The translations under genes were made by a program, and so were the position numbers. Below the pieces are notes generated by a model. That model was not told where the DNA came from, ran no database searches, and saw only the letters and a list, made by a program, of their open reading frames with translations. DNA of 61,206 nt, filler included. It is 9 parts of 9 records of this genome, joined end to end, with 100 filler letters (N's around TTAATTAATTAA, not from the genome) between each part and the next. Parts side by side here need not be neighbours in the genome. Positions count along the whole stretch, not along the records: positions 27,254 to 37,765 come from SRR31147125_84711; positions 37,866 to 43,180 come from SRR31147125_84737; 7 more parts are not named here. One strand, given 5' to 3'. This document shows, piece by piece, positions 27,254-39,005 of the stretch. Position 1 is the first letter of the stretch, and the number at the start of each line of letters is the position of its first letter.

Positions 27254-30200
27254 CCAGATCTTGTGATCATAACGACCGTATACAGATATGTCGTCGTTGA
27301 TAAGAGCAGTCATGCCTGCTCCCCAGTAACCGCGGTGTGTTGCCATCCCATTCATAGTTGTTGAGTATGATTGTGTGCCGATAGCAGCTGTAGTTGTTGA
27401 GTTGCGGTCACCACCTGTATTGAGGTATTCAACTTCCCAGCCGCCCCAAGCTTCTGGAAGGAGTGAGAGAGTGTCGGATATGCAGAATAATTTCTATCTT
27501 TACGCCCAGATTCTGAACAAGAGAATTAGATGTGAAGCTGTTGACTGAGAGGTTACCAGCACCAGCATCTGTTTCAGTATAATCTGGATCGTAGAACATT
27601 GTGTAGCTGAGGCTGTAGCTAGGTGTGAGCTGGAATTCTGCAGGGAGTACAAATGTATAACCAAGTGTACCTGCAACATTGAAGTCAATACCAGTACGAT
27701 CACCCTTGGCTGTCAGACCGTTAGTGATGAGCTTGCGTTTAGAATTTATCATATGAATACCAGCTGAAGAGGTCATATCTACGAAGAAGCTATTCCAGTT
27801 GAAGGAACCGTAACCACCGAAGCGGAGGACGTTGTCTTTACTGTTACCTCTGTCACTATAAATATCTGTATCATTGTGTGTATAACCGAATAAAGCACCG
27901 AGACGGAATTCTTTAGCGAAAGCATAGTCAAGACCAGCCATAACACCGACATTATAGAAGTCATAACCTTCCATGTCACCATCAGAAGCCTGTTCACCAA
28001 AGCCGCCGTAACCGTTAGCCCACACCTGAACCTTCTTGTATGTTCCCTCAGCAGCAGCAGTGTAGCCGTCACCCGATGCTGAATCGTAAGCGTCAGCGAG
28101 AGTCTCGGCATCAGCCATATCATTGAGAGCTGCAGTAGCACCACCTGAGCCGAATGATGAAGTCATACCTGCTGAGAGCGAACCATTTCTGAATGAAGTC
28201 ATCTGCCTACCGACAGCACTGATAGATTCCTGAACACCATGCTGAGCAGACTGAGCAGTCTGGGTTGTCGCTTCAACACCAGCTGTTTCATCAGCACCAC
28301 GAGCAAAATTAGCACCTGTTAAAGCAGTCAGTTGCTTGACGAATTCCTGTCCTTCTGTAGTCAGGCTACTTTCATTTTCTACCAGATAACTGGCTGCATT
28401 TGATCCTTCGATAGTGCCGCCGTTTCTGATTACCACGTCATTTATACCTGAGGTATTGGTGGTTACTTCTATATCATAGATATTGGCTGCTGCGTTTTTC
28501 AGAGTGTAGATTCTGTAATCATCAGCTGTAGCCAATACGTCATCATTTGCAACACCTGCGGTAGTTGTCATGAAGACATCAGCATAGGTTGTGCCGGAGA
28601 TACCGTTGACACCATAGACCGAGGTAATAGTTGTGCCAGTTCTCGCAACAGTAATATCATCAGAATTATCAATTCGTGCATATTTACCAGTACCAGTTGT
28701 GCCGTCTGTGCCTGTACCCATATCCAGATAGAGTTTACCATTGGTTGTGACTATTGAATTACCTGCGGTATTGACAGAGGTATGTCCTGCTGCAGTTGGT
28801 GCTGTTACATACAGCTCGCCACCGGAGGCAAGTGTGAGAGCTCCTGCTCCTGTTGTCAGGCTACCTGTACTACCGACTGTGAATCTGCCACTTGCGCCAT
28901 CACCGATTGTTGCCGCTGCAGCAAGATTGAGAGTACCGTTAATTGTTGCATTCTTCATTGAGGTATTTGCAGTATTAGTAATTGTACCATATTTACCTGC
29001 AGCAACCTGAACATCAGCAATATTTACATCACTTGCGTTTCCATCGACAGTAAGAGTTGCATCATCGACATTTCCAGCTCCGGCAAGAGTCAAAACACCA
29101 ATATTGGCTACATCTGCCACAGCACCGCCTGATTCATCGATTGTCAAGGCTGCATTATTTGCCCCGTCACCTGTAAGGGTAACGTTTGAAAGAGTAGTCG
29201 TTGTTGCAATAGTTGTATCAATCACACCAGTCACTGCTGCTCCTGCAGTTGTTGCATCAACATTTGTGTTGGTGATAGTAACTGCACCAGTAGAACCATT
29301 ATCAAATGTACCGTCAGTACCACCTTTGAAATTAAGAGTTGCAATAGTTGTTGCTACATCATTCTGCACATCAACCTTTGCCTGACTGTCTGCAGTATCG
29401 GTAATATTGATCTCTGAAACAGTAATCGTCTGAGAGCCACCGCCTGCAGAATTCTGCAGATTTAGAGTAGCGTCATTATCAGCATGTCCTGCAAAACTTG
29501 TAACATCAATTTTAGTAATGTCAACAACCGCAGCATTTCCAGAAGTATTATCAAAGTTCAGAGTTGCGCCTGCACTGGAGTTGGAGGTCGTCTTGACTTC
29601 AAGCCAGTTGAGTTCATTGGCACTTTGCGTACTCTTATTATCGATTGTTGCAGTATTGGCTGCTCCACTGGAGATGACTGTAATATGGGACTGATCATCA
29701 GGATCAGCATCTGCAATGTAACCGGTAGCGTTGATAGTCACAGAAGAACCATTTGCCATATCCAGAGTATTGGAAGAGATCTTGAGAGCACCGCCATCAA
29801 TAATAATATCAGCATTTTCGTCAAGTTTTAAATGCCCCTTTATTGTACCACCATTGACAGTCAGTGCATCAGCTGACCCAGCGACAGAGTCGTGGATCAC
29901 TCCATACTTGCCGTCACCGACATTGAAGGTGGCGAAGGTGGAGCTGGCGTCATTGATGTCGATAATTCCTGATTCATCTTTGGTTTCACCTACAAGCTCT
30001 ACTGCTCCGACAACATTATTGGCTGCACCGAGTGTAATAGTACCGGCAACATTTATCTTTTCGTCAGCCTCTATATTGAGGGTGGTTACAGTAACAGTCT
30101 TACCGGTAATTGTTCCGGTTGTTCCGTCTGTATCAAGAGTGCCGACAGTACTGGCATCACCAGCAATATTAAGCTCACCATCAAGAATGACCTTACCTGC

Positions 30201-32144
30201 TGATGCAGATAGTGAGCCGGAGTTCTGGATATAAGTGGAACCGTAGTCGATTTTGAGAGTGTTGTTTGCTTGAACAGTCTGGGTAGAAGTTGCTACAACG
30301 GTTGATTCATTAGCGACCTCTGCAGTCCTAGTTTTGGTATTATCATCGAGCCCGATATCTGTGACTTTTCCGGTATTGGTTATCTCTTGAGTGTCTCCTG
30401 AAGAGTAATCAGGATCTTCTGCACTGCCTCCAAGATCAATTGTACTTCCTGTGATTGTTATTGCATTATCACTGGAGTCTACAAACTTGACTGCAGTTGA
30501 ATCATAGATTAATGTACTTTGCAGATCGATAGTTCCTGAAGCAATTTTGATTATATCCGCAGCGGTTGTCTTATCACCGTTTATTGTAACATTACCATTA
30601 TTGATTGTCAGGCTGTCTAATTTCACTGTAGCAGCTCTGCTGGCATCAGCAACATCAAAAGTACCGCCTGAAATTGTCAATGCGCCCAGATTGATATCTT
30701 CATCTGTATTGGCAGCTACAACCTTGAGAGTACCGCCGCTCTTGACTTCTGTCGTTGTCACTGTAAAAGTTGTTTGGTCGGTAGCAACATCCAGTGTGCC
30801 GTACTTATCAGCTGAGACAGTCAGTTTCGTAGCAGTATTTGCTGTTCCGTCGTTGATATCGAGTAATGCTTTTGAAGAAGCACCGCCAGCAAGGACAATT
30901 CCACTCAATGAATTGGTTGCAGTTGAATCCACCTGAAATTCTGCTGTGTCGCTACTTGTTCCTGTAAGAGTCGTTGTGCCTGAGACAGTAAAGTTACCTG
31001 CACCTGTAAGGGTTACTGTGGCTGCAGCAGAGTCGGCGGCAGTGATATTGAAGGTACTGCCGAGAGTTGCCTGTTTGCCAGTTTCAACACTTATAGCGTC
31101 ACTCCCGGAGCCGAGTGCTACAGCACCAGATACTGTGGCGGTATTGGTAAAGGTAAGCGTTTCATTGTTGACTCCTCCGGTTATGCTGCCGCTCAGAGTC
31201 GTGGTGTCATCGGTTGTGAAAGATAGTTCGTGAGCATTGTCATCTGAGAAGTCAATATCTGCAGCCAGAACCTCTGTGCCTGTCCCTCCTTGAATCTCGA
31301 TGCTGCCTCCGGTTGCTTTCAAACCACCAGACATTGTTGCTGTCTTACCGTTACCAAGAATAATGACATTGCTCCCAGCACCCATATCTACAGCTCCGGC
31401 AATTGTCGCACTGCCAGTATAGGTAAAGGTATCAACCCCTGCACAACCAGTATAAGAACCACCGATTATATTATAACCAGTCATATCGTCATCTACAGTA
31501 ATACCTGCAGATTCAATTTCAATATTTGAAAAATCGACATTACCCGTAACCTGCGCTGTACCGGTGGTTGCGTTCACATGCTGAAATTGTATAATCAAAT
31601 CTTTCGTAGTGACGCTGGAGTGAGTGTGAAGCCCTGTAGAAAAGTCTATACTTCCTACTGCAGAGCCATACCCTTCATCCGAGAGGACAATATCAAGTCC
31701 ATTTGCAAAGAATGCTAATCCACTTGAAAAAATATTATCAACTTTAACCTTTCCCTGATTTGATGAATCATTTAGTTTGAGGGTTATTTTATTATAGCCA
31801 TAACTTCCAAATTCAAACTGGCTCAAGGTTACATCATCTCCAGCTGCAGCTGATCCAGAACCGTCAGAAACAATTGTGATTGTTGTCGCACCAATAGTAG
31901 AATTAGCGTTGCTAACTTTTATATTGTTAGTGACAGGATTCTTGATTGTCATGTTATAGACACCAGTTCCTGAATCATGAGTACCGCTTACATTTCCTCC
32001 AGGTTGGTTGATACTACCATTATTATTCAAATCAATATAGGTTGTGGCTGCAAATGCGTTTGCTGACAGTAGAACAGCTATTAACGTTGAGGTAAGTGTT
32101 ACACCTTTTATTGTTTGTAATAGTTTACTTCTAAATAATAGCAT
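27254..32144 (-). CDS. Large autotransporter (type Va) adhesin-like protein; frameshift near 27495, 3'-truncated
   Basis: Signal peptide (ANAFA), about 1250 aa T/G/A/D-rich beta-helix-like passenger, beta-barrel from VQVWANGYGGFG; the shifted frame continues LLPEAWGGWEVEYL...YWGAG...VYGRYD to the contig edge. Confidence 0.85.
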
Positions 32145-32266
32145 GTTTTTTTCCTTTATTAAATAACCTTAAGTGTCTGATTTGAACGTGTGAGTATGTT
32201 GAAAATATCAGAATAATACTATCATAGAGTAGAGGGAAAGCCAAGTGATTTATAGCTTGAAATTTA

Positions 32267-32301
32267 TTGCAAAACCTTGCAGAACCTTGCATTGTAAGGT
32301 T
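32267..32301. promoter_or_regulatory. 10-bp-period tandem repeats, candidate OmpR-family binding site
   Basis: TTGCA at 32267, 32277 and 32287 (AACCTTGCA twice) plus an inverted TGTAAGGTT, upstream of the autotransporter. Confidence 0.55.
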
Positions 32302-32472
32302 TGTTTTTGTGGTAAATGAAGTTTGATTAAAGTGAAAAGTAAGATAAATGTTTGATAGGACGTTGCTGAAGTGTAACGTTTTGTTGTGCGAAAGTCTCAG
32401 GTCACAATAGGATTAAATTTGATTTTCTGCGGCAGGATATTTTGTAACTCTCTGATGTTCAGATTGTTGTAA

Positions 32473-33819
32473 TTATTGTAGCGGGATTGAGAGCCGGACT
32501 GTTGTCCCTGATCCAGCCTCTGATTTAATGGCTACACTTCCTTTATGAAGTTCTATAATTTTCCTGACTAGGTAAAGCCCAACTCCAGCTCCTGGTTTGT
32601 TGCCAGTGCTTTCGGAACGATAATATTTTTCAAAAATGAACTCGAGGTCATACTTAGGAATACCCTTACCAGAGTCGCTGACTTCGATAATTGTGGTGTT
32701 ATTTTCAACTTTTATAGATAGGGTTACCTTTGAGTGCGGTTCTGAGTATTTGCAGGCATTGTCTAAAAGATTGGAAATAGCGGTAACCATAAGATCTTTA
32801 TCTATTATAAGTAGATCGTCCTTCCATTGGGAGTCATCGATAATTATATGGTGATTCTGGTAGATGTGTCGGGTAAAGTCTGCTGCAACATTGATAATAT
32901 TATTGATAAAATCAGTTTCACTGGGAGCTAGAACAATATTTGACTCTTTAATTCGTCTTTCATTGAGAGAAAGCTCGAAAAGTCCGAGTAGTCTACTGGC
33001 GGAAGAACTCATGCGAGATATTACAAGCTGTGTTTCAGGGTTCTTCTGGATGTTGGAATCAGCACTTAGTAGATCTAGGCTGGACATTATTACTGAGAGT
33101 GGAGTTCTGTATTCGTGTGAGATCATATCAACAAAGTTTAAATTGCTCTTAATTGCTTGACGTTCAGCTGTAAGAGCTGCTTTTGTACGGTGGTTCTGTT
33201 CGGTAAGTTCTGCTGTGCGGGCGGTAACTGTGGCTTCAAGATCTGCATTATAGTTATCTAACTTGGTGAGTGATTGAAGTAGGGCAGAATTGATATAGAA
33301 AAACGCAGCAATTGTGCTTGCCCATATAAGCAGATAGTCAAAGTAAAAATTTCCCCAAGCGCTGGTATCTTTGGAGTACGGAATAATGTCAAGATCTACG
33401 ACTCCAGCAATATCATGGTTATAGGCAAGATATGCCAGTAGCATTGTTAGTGAGCAGATACCGAAAAGAAGAATGCTGTGTTTTCTGCCTAGTAGAATTG
33501 CTGCTATTATCGCTGCATGGGCAAGGTAGGCTCCGCCAGCTCCGATAATACCGAAATTGAAAAGTTCTCCTACTCCCACAATAAAGATTATGCTGACTAT
33601 TGCGGCAGCTCGGGTAAAATAACTGAAGTGGCGACGGAAAATAGCAAGAAGAACAACCAGTGAGACACAGATAATATGTACAGCCATAATCGGCTGCCAA
33701 CCGACTGTAGGTATTCGCAACAAGCTTACCGCCAGAGACGGAAGGGTGATAATCACCAGAATTATCAGCCCGACATTACAGATTGTCTCTTTTATATCCT
33801 GTATATTCTTAAAATACAT
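32473..33819 (-). CDS. Membrane sensor histidine kinase
   Basis: About 6 TM segments, SHEYRTPL, NLLDNACKYS, DSGKGI, GAGVGL. Confidence 0.92.
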   Translation of the reverse strand: MYFKNIQDIKETICNVGLIILVIITLPSLAVSLLRIPTVGWQPIMAVHIICVSLVVLLAIFRRHFSYFTRAAAIVSIIFIVGVGELFNFGIIGAGGAYLAHAAIIAAILLGRKHSILLFGICSLTMLLAYLAYNHDIAGVVDLDIIPYSKDTSAWGNFYFDYLLIWASTIAAFFYINSALLQSLTKLDNYNADLEATVTARTAELTEQNHRTKAALTAERQAIKSNLNFVDMISHEYRTPLSVIMSSLDLLSADSNIQKNPETQLVISRMSSSASRLLGLFELSLNERRIKESNIVLAPSETDFINNIINVAADFTRHIYQNHHIIIDDSQWKDDLLIIDKDLMVTAISNLLDNACKYSEPHSKVTLSIKVENNTTIIEVSDSGKGIPKYDLEFIFEKYYRSESTGNKPGAGVGLYLVRKIIELHKGSVAIKSEAGSGTTVRLSIPLQ

Positions 33820-34517
33820 CAGTCCTCAATTCTTACTGCAGCAAAGAAACAATAACCGACCGAACGAATCGTACGCACCGGTAGTTTTTCACCAGTCTTC
33901 TCTTTTACACGTTTTCTCATTCTGGCGAGCAGAATATCCAGAGCCGAGTTATCATAGTTGAGCCCTTCCGCTTTATTCAGCTCTCTAAAGATCTCTTCCC
34001 GCTTTATGTTTTCACCTTTGTTCTTTATCAGGAGATTGAGCAACACACCCTCTTTAGTAGTAAGATTGAGCGTCCTGCCTGATGGTGAAGTAAAAGTCAG
34101 ATATACTGGGCTGAAGACCCATTCCTCTATTTCAGGACTACCGTCCTGCACATTCTTATAACGATCAAGAATACTATTAATACAGGCTTTGAGTTCCCAG
34201 CTATTGACTGGCTTTACGAAATATGCGTCAGCTCCAGCAGTGTAGCCTTGAAGTTTGTCATTGAGAGATCCTCTGGCTGTAAGAATGATTATTCTGGTCT
34301 GTGAGTTTTCTCTAAGAAACCTTGTTAGTTTAAAATCATTTCTGTCTGGAAGACCAATATCTATAATTGCTAGGTCAAAAGTATCTGCTTCGACAGCTTT
34401 GAAAAAGTCTGCCGCTGTCGACACACCCTGAACAGTAAAACCATTTTTTTCAAGAAACTCTGTGGTGTTATCACGTAATTCTTTATCATCTTCTACTATA
34501 ATAATTTTATGTTGCAC
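33819..34517 (-). CDS. OmpR/PhoB-family response regulator
   Basis: VEDD, IDIGLPD, LTAR, VKP; winged-helix end RTIRSVGY. Confidence 0.92.
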   Translation of the reverse strand: MQHKIIIVEDDKELRDNTTEFLEKNGFTVQGVSTAADFFKAVEADTFDLAIIDIGLPDRNDFKLTRFLRENSQTRIIILTARGSLNDKLQGYTAGADAYFVKPVNSWELKACINSILDRYKNVQDGSPEIEEWVFSPVYLTFTSPSGRTLNLTTKEGVLLNLLIKNKGENIKREEIFRELNKAEGLNYDNSALDILLARMRKRVKEKTGEKLPVRTIRSVGYCFFAAVRIED

Positions 34518-34733
34518 TTTGTTTCCTGTCTTTAAATAATATGCTATAAGGGTATAATCTTACGGAAAAATTGATTTTATTTTATTTATAACATATTTTT
34601 GAGAACATGCAAAAGTAAAAATTATAAATATATCGTCAGATGGATTCAGGTTTCAAGTGTAATACTTGAGGTAAAACAGGCAGGAGGTTATGGGTTTATT
34701 TATAATAGCATATTTAAATATTGCAATTAATAA

Positions 34734-34769
34734 ACAATGCGACATTCAATAAATTGAATGTCGCATTGT
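34734..34769 (-). terminator. Long perfect hairpin, probable operon terminator
   Basis: ACAATGCGACATTCAAT-AA-ATTGAATGTCGCATTGT, 25 nt past the 105-aa gene. Confidence 0.7.
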
Positions 34770-34794
34770 CATTTTGTGAACATTTGAACCGAGT

Positions 34795-35112
34795 CTATTT
34801 CATCTGCATTAGTTCAAAAATTACTTTATCCTTAATTGCAAAACATAAGAATGCTTCGCCTGCATCAATTGTCTCAACAATAACTTCATCAAAGTCTTTT
34901 AGAATTGCATCAATACTATCTACTTCAACAGCAATATGCGGATTTACCTGCATCTCTGCTGGCAACCATGAGCCTGGCTCAAAACGAAGATATTCAAAAG
35001 CGTAAGGATGAGTTTTGAAATCTGTGAGGTGAACCTTCATATCTTCGGCATATGTCTCGCCTTCTTGTTTAACTTTTGTTGGTACGCCGATGTGATTAAA
35101 TTTATAATTCAT
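34795..35112 (-). CDS. Small VOC/glyoxalase-like protein
   Basis: FNHIGVP, PHIAVEVDSID, FELMQ pattern; RBS CAGGAG. Confidence 0.65.
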   Translation of the reverse strand: MNYKFNHIGVPTKVKQEGETYAEDMKVHLTDFKTHPYAFEYLRFEPGSWLPAEMQVNPHIAVEVDSIDAILKDFDEVIVETIDAGEAFLCFAIKDKVIFELMQMK

Positions 35113-35157
35113 TAGCTTTCTCCTGAAAATATCAATTAGTATACTAAAAAGAAAAAC

Positions 35158-35381
35158 TTAACCACACCGCTATCTGAGACTATTAATTTCCTGAGAATAA
35201 TAAGAATTAATCATGATACTTAAATCGTCACTTTAAAAAAATTGTAATACTCTCCAGTCTATTCATACATATGAATAGAAAATGAGATTAAACATGATTC
35301 TTATTTTGAATAGGAAGTGATTATTATTTAGTCAAAGAATAGCTTGTTACGTGTTGCTTTTTTGGTGAGAAGTGTGGTTAA
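35158..35381. repeat. About 224-bp nested imperfect palindrome in an intergenic region
   Basis: Outer TTAACCACAC/GTGTGGTTAA; inner GCTAT/ATAGC, GACTA/TAGTC, TTCCT/AGGAA, AATAAGAAT/ATTCTTATT; central TCTATTCATA-CA-TATGAATAGA. Confidence 0.65.
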
Positions 35382-35413
35382 ATTTTGATCTTTATAATGA
35401 TTCATAGAGTGTA

Positions 35414-35986
35414 TTATGCACTCTGAGATTGTTCGTTGCTATTACCGGCTACTGCTTTTTCATATGCTGATCTACCGACAACTGTGAAGTATCCCCATAG
35501 GAGACCAAATGCACAGTAGCCAAGGACAAGAATAAATGCTGCGCCATGTGTTGCACCTGGAACGTAACCCATAAATCCGAAGTAGGCACCGGCTCCGACA
35601 AATAGTGCTGGAACAAAGTTTGTCCATTCGTTCTTTTCTAGGCAGATAACACCTACAACAAGGATTGCTACTGCGAGCGGGAATGCCCAGAAACCAAAGC
35701 TGCCCATAGAACTACCAAGTTTCATAATAGCAATAGATGCGACACAACCTAGGAAATAAGAGATAAATGCTTTTACGCCACCTTTTGGAGTACAGCCTGC
35801 AAGGAAGTAACATGCCCATGCCTGAAAAGCGATCCAGCCAAAGCCCATGCCAACAAATGCTGTACCTGCAATACTACCGACAAGACCGCTTGTAATAGCT
35901 GGTTGAATAGCCTGATCAATCGCCTGCATAGCACCAGCAAGTAGTGCAACCCAAATTGGAATCAAAATAAATTTTTTGAATGACAT
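35414..35986 (-). CDS. DUF1097-like membrane protein
   Basis: GWIAFQAWACYFLAG, FVPALFVGAGAYF; about 6 TM segments. Confidence 0.75.
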   Translation of the reverse strand: MSFKKFILIPIWVALLAGAMQAIDQAIQPAITSGLVGSIAGTAFVGMGFGWIAFQAWACYFLAGCTPKGGVKAFISYFLGCVASIAIMKLGSSMGSFGFWAFPLAVAILVVGVICLEKNEWTNFVPALFVGAGAYFGFMGYVPGATHGAAFILVLGYCAFGLLWGYFTVVGRSAYEKAVAGNSNEQSQSA

Positions 35987-36089
35987 CTTATATTTCTCCT
36001 CTGAAATTTTACTCTATATCACCGCAAGATTGTTTCATTCAGTGTTATAGAGTTTTTAAGATTATTATAAACTACTTACATTTTTAACT

Positions 36090-36965
36090 CTATTTCAGAT
36101 CCAGATACATTTCATAAGCTTTAGCGCTATCCAAATCCTCATGTACAACTTTGCCAATTGCCTGAGTCATAGCTACAGGATTCTCAGCCTGGAAGATGTT
36201 TCGTCCCATATCAACACCTGCAGCACCTTTTCTAATAGCAGACTGAGCCATTTCAAGAGCTTCTTTCTCTGGTAATTTCTTGCCACCAGCTACAACAATT
36301 GGTACAGGGCAGGCAGCTACCACTGTTTCGAAATCCTCGCAGTAGTATGTCTTGACAATACTGGCACCGAATTCAGCAAGCATTCTGGTTGCAAGCAGGA
36401 AGTACTTGGTAGTTCGTTCCATTTGTTTGCCAACTGCTACTACACCGAGAGTCGGGATACCATATCTGTTACCTTTGTCGATTGTATCAGTCAGGTTTTT
36501 AATAGACTGTACCTGACCACCACCACCAACAAAGCACTGAATAGCCATACAATCCGCATTCATTCTAATTGCATCATCAACATCAACCCCGACATTTTCA
36601 AAAGACATGTCGTCATTGACAACACAACTACCAGCGCTGCTTCTGAGGACGATTGCTTTATTATGAGTAGGATTGATTGAGGTGCGCAGAGCACCACGAG
36701 TAGCCATCAAGGCATCAATATGCTCAATGAGCGGTGGAACATTTATGTCGAGTCTTTCCAGACCACTTGTAGAACCCATGATATATCCATGGTCAAAAGC
36801 AAGCATAACTGTCTTACCCGATTTTGGGTTGAAGATCTTTGAAAGTCTTGTCTTCATTCCCCAGTCGACATTATCCATACCCTTAACATGAAAACCACCT
36901 GTTGAGACAAAAGGTTTATTCAAACCGTAATCTTTTGAATCAATGTTACCAATTTTATCTGCCAT
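36090..36965 (-). CDS. lsrF: LsrF-family thiolase / class I aldolase (DhnA-like)
   Basis: DWGMKTRL, MLAFDHGY, VKTYY, VVAGGKK, GVDMGRNIFQ. Confidence 0.85.
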   Translation of the reverse strand: MADKIGNIDSKDYGLNKPFVSTGGFHVKGMDNVDWGMKTRLSKIFNPKSGKTVMLAFDHGYIMGSTSGLERLDINVPPLIEHIDALMATRGALRTSINPTHNKAIVLRSSAGSCVVNDDMSFENVGVDVDDAIRMNADCMAIQCFVGGGGQVQSIKNLTDTIDKGNRYGIPTLGVVAVGKQMERTTKYFLLATRMLAEFGASIVKTYYCEDFETVVAACPVPIVVAGGKKLPEKEALEMAQSAIRKGAAGVDMGRNIFQAENPVAMTQAIGKVVHEDLDSAKAYEMYLDLK

Positions 36966-37017
36966 CTTTTTACGACTCCATTTTTATTATTAATTACTAT
37001 TTCTAAATTACTCTTAC

Positions 37018-37765
37018 TTACCTTTTGAAGTAAGGTGTGTTACATGGTACGTTCCAGTATGATAGCAGTTCGTCATCCATTCTGGCAATGAAGAGCTGGT
37101 ATCCGCCTGTTTCCTGAACAGTAAGAATCTCGTCAACCATATTAGCAACAACTTCGATATCCTTTGATTCAAGGTATTTTACAGCTGCTCTATACGATAT
37201 AAGCATTTCCATAAGTGTTGTAGCGCCACAACCATTGACAATACACATGAGCTTTTCGCCTGCTTTTATATCAAGGTCTTTGATAAGTTCGTCCATGAGA
37301 AGTTTTACTGTGTCATCCGCATTTTTCATAGGTATCTTATAACCGCCGCCTTCGCCATGCTGCCCCATGCCAACACCCATTTCATCGTCGTTGAGTACTG
37401 CAAGGTCGCCACCTGTAACCGGGTGAGTAGCGCCTGTGAGTGATACAGAAATTGCGCCCATGTTGTCTGCAAATTTTTGAGTGATTGCAGCGACTTCTTC
37501 GAGTGTCTTGCCTTGAGCAGCAGCACCACCAGCAATCTTATATGCTGGAACGCAACCAACAAAACCGCGTCTGTTATCAGCGTCATCTCGTGGAGCAGTC
37601 GTGATATCTTCCTGAGTGACAACTTTGATTACGTTGATGCCTTCTTTTTTGGCTTCCTTCATTGTGAGGTTACCAGTCAGCATATCGCCAGCATGATTGA
37701 GAATCACAAATAGAACACCCTTACCTTTATCAGCCATCTTGAGTGCTTTCAGGCAGCTTTCTGGG
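37018..37765 (-). CDS. dhaK: Dihydroxyacetone kinase DhaK-like subunit, 5'-truncated
   Basis: NHAGD, RRGFVG, KIAG, GMGQHGEGG, VNGCGATTLME. Confidence 0.8.
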
Positions 37766-37950
37766 NNNNNNNNNNNNNNNNNNNNNNNNNNNNNNNNNNN
37801 NNNNNNNNNTTAATTAATTAANNNNNNNNNNNNNNNNNNNNNNNNNNNNNNNNNNNNNNNNNNNNACCAGACAACTTGTGTCCAGGTACTTAGTCACAGA
37901 TAAGGGAATTGGGGGAGATAATGCTGGATGTGACGAAATCAGCCTTTTGC

Positions 37951-39005
37951 TTATGCACTTTCTTCCATTGAAATGATGTTGCAAAGCCCTTGATGGAGTA
38001 CCTGACAACACTCATTCTCAGAAATTCCCAATCGTTGACTGTTGCTGATATCAAAGACGCCGCCTTCAACCTCAGTTTTTTCTCCTTGGGTTCCTCTGAC
38101 TTGTAGGCCGGCACGCTTTGCATAGTTTTGCAATCTCTCCGGCCGTCGGGCCAATTTCGGTAACCGGATGTGAACGCCGGCCCGCATCCCGGTTCCCAGG
38201 TTGGTCGGGCAGGTTGTTAAATATCCAAGCGTTCCGGACCAGGCAAACATCAGCGTTTTTTCAAGGGAAGCCATCGCCTGTTGAAGATGATGATAAACCG
38301 TCGTCAAATCTCCCCCTTTTTGAAGCGAGATAATCCTAAAATGGTCCTCTTCATTGAGCCAAACTAAAAATTTGCCGTCCGCTGATTTAAAAACGCCTCT
38401 GGCAATGGGCCAGTCCCGGTTGATTCCGGCACCATCTTGAAAACGGTCCCCTTTTCTAAAACCTAAAGAATCGTTGTCTTCGTTAATCGGATGATAACTC
38501 CCTATAAGTGTATTGGGGAGCTTTGTGAATGCCTGGATTGCAGCGTGTTCTACCTTTTGTCTCTCTTTAAATCGAATCATGGTGGTGAATGGGTAATCCG
38601 CTAAGTTTCTGGCTAAACGGATGCGGGTGGAGAGAATAAATCGGCCTTCAGGGTCCGGATTTGGAAGGGCAAGTCGGCACTGTGGAAAATGGGGGATGGA
38701 GTGATGTTCTCGCTGCAGTGAGACGTTAACCCGTGATAATCCTGGATGACCGGATTTAAGATCGGCGCAAATGCAGCATACGTTTCCGCATCCCCTGTAT
38801 AGATGCCGATGGCACTATCTGAATTGAGAATGCCGGATTTCAATGCATGGGCAAGGGTGAAACCGGAAGCGGTTGTTCTATCTTTTAACTGATTGAAAAT
38901 TTGCTCGGTTAAATATTTACTTGCAAGAGAGGTCGCATCCGGAGAAAAACAAGGGTAGGACAATGGGGGCAAACGCGTGAATGACTCGGAGGGGTTATGT
39001 CTCAT
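37951..39005 (-). CDS. Phosphagen (arginine-kinase-like) ATP:guanido phosphotransferase; frameshift near 38667
   Basis: N-domain SLASKYLT..SG..NSDSAIGIY; joined frame STRIRLARNL, WLNEEDH, TCPTNLGT, RGTQGE, FDISN..RLG. Confidence 0.85.

Noticed and set aside
1-39005. Programmed frameshifting, phase variation or mass pseudogenisation (shifts near 740, 4100, 5242, 7296, 20625, 22890, 27495 and 38667)
   Set aside because: They occur in unrelated contigs, often at short homopolymers, with otherwise intact genes; sequencing error is simpler. Raw reads would be needed to exclude real events
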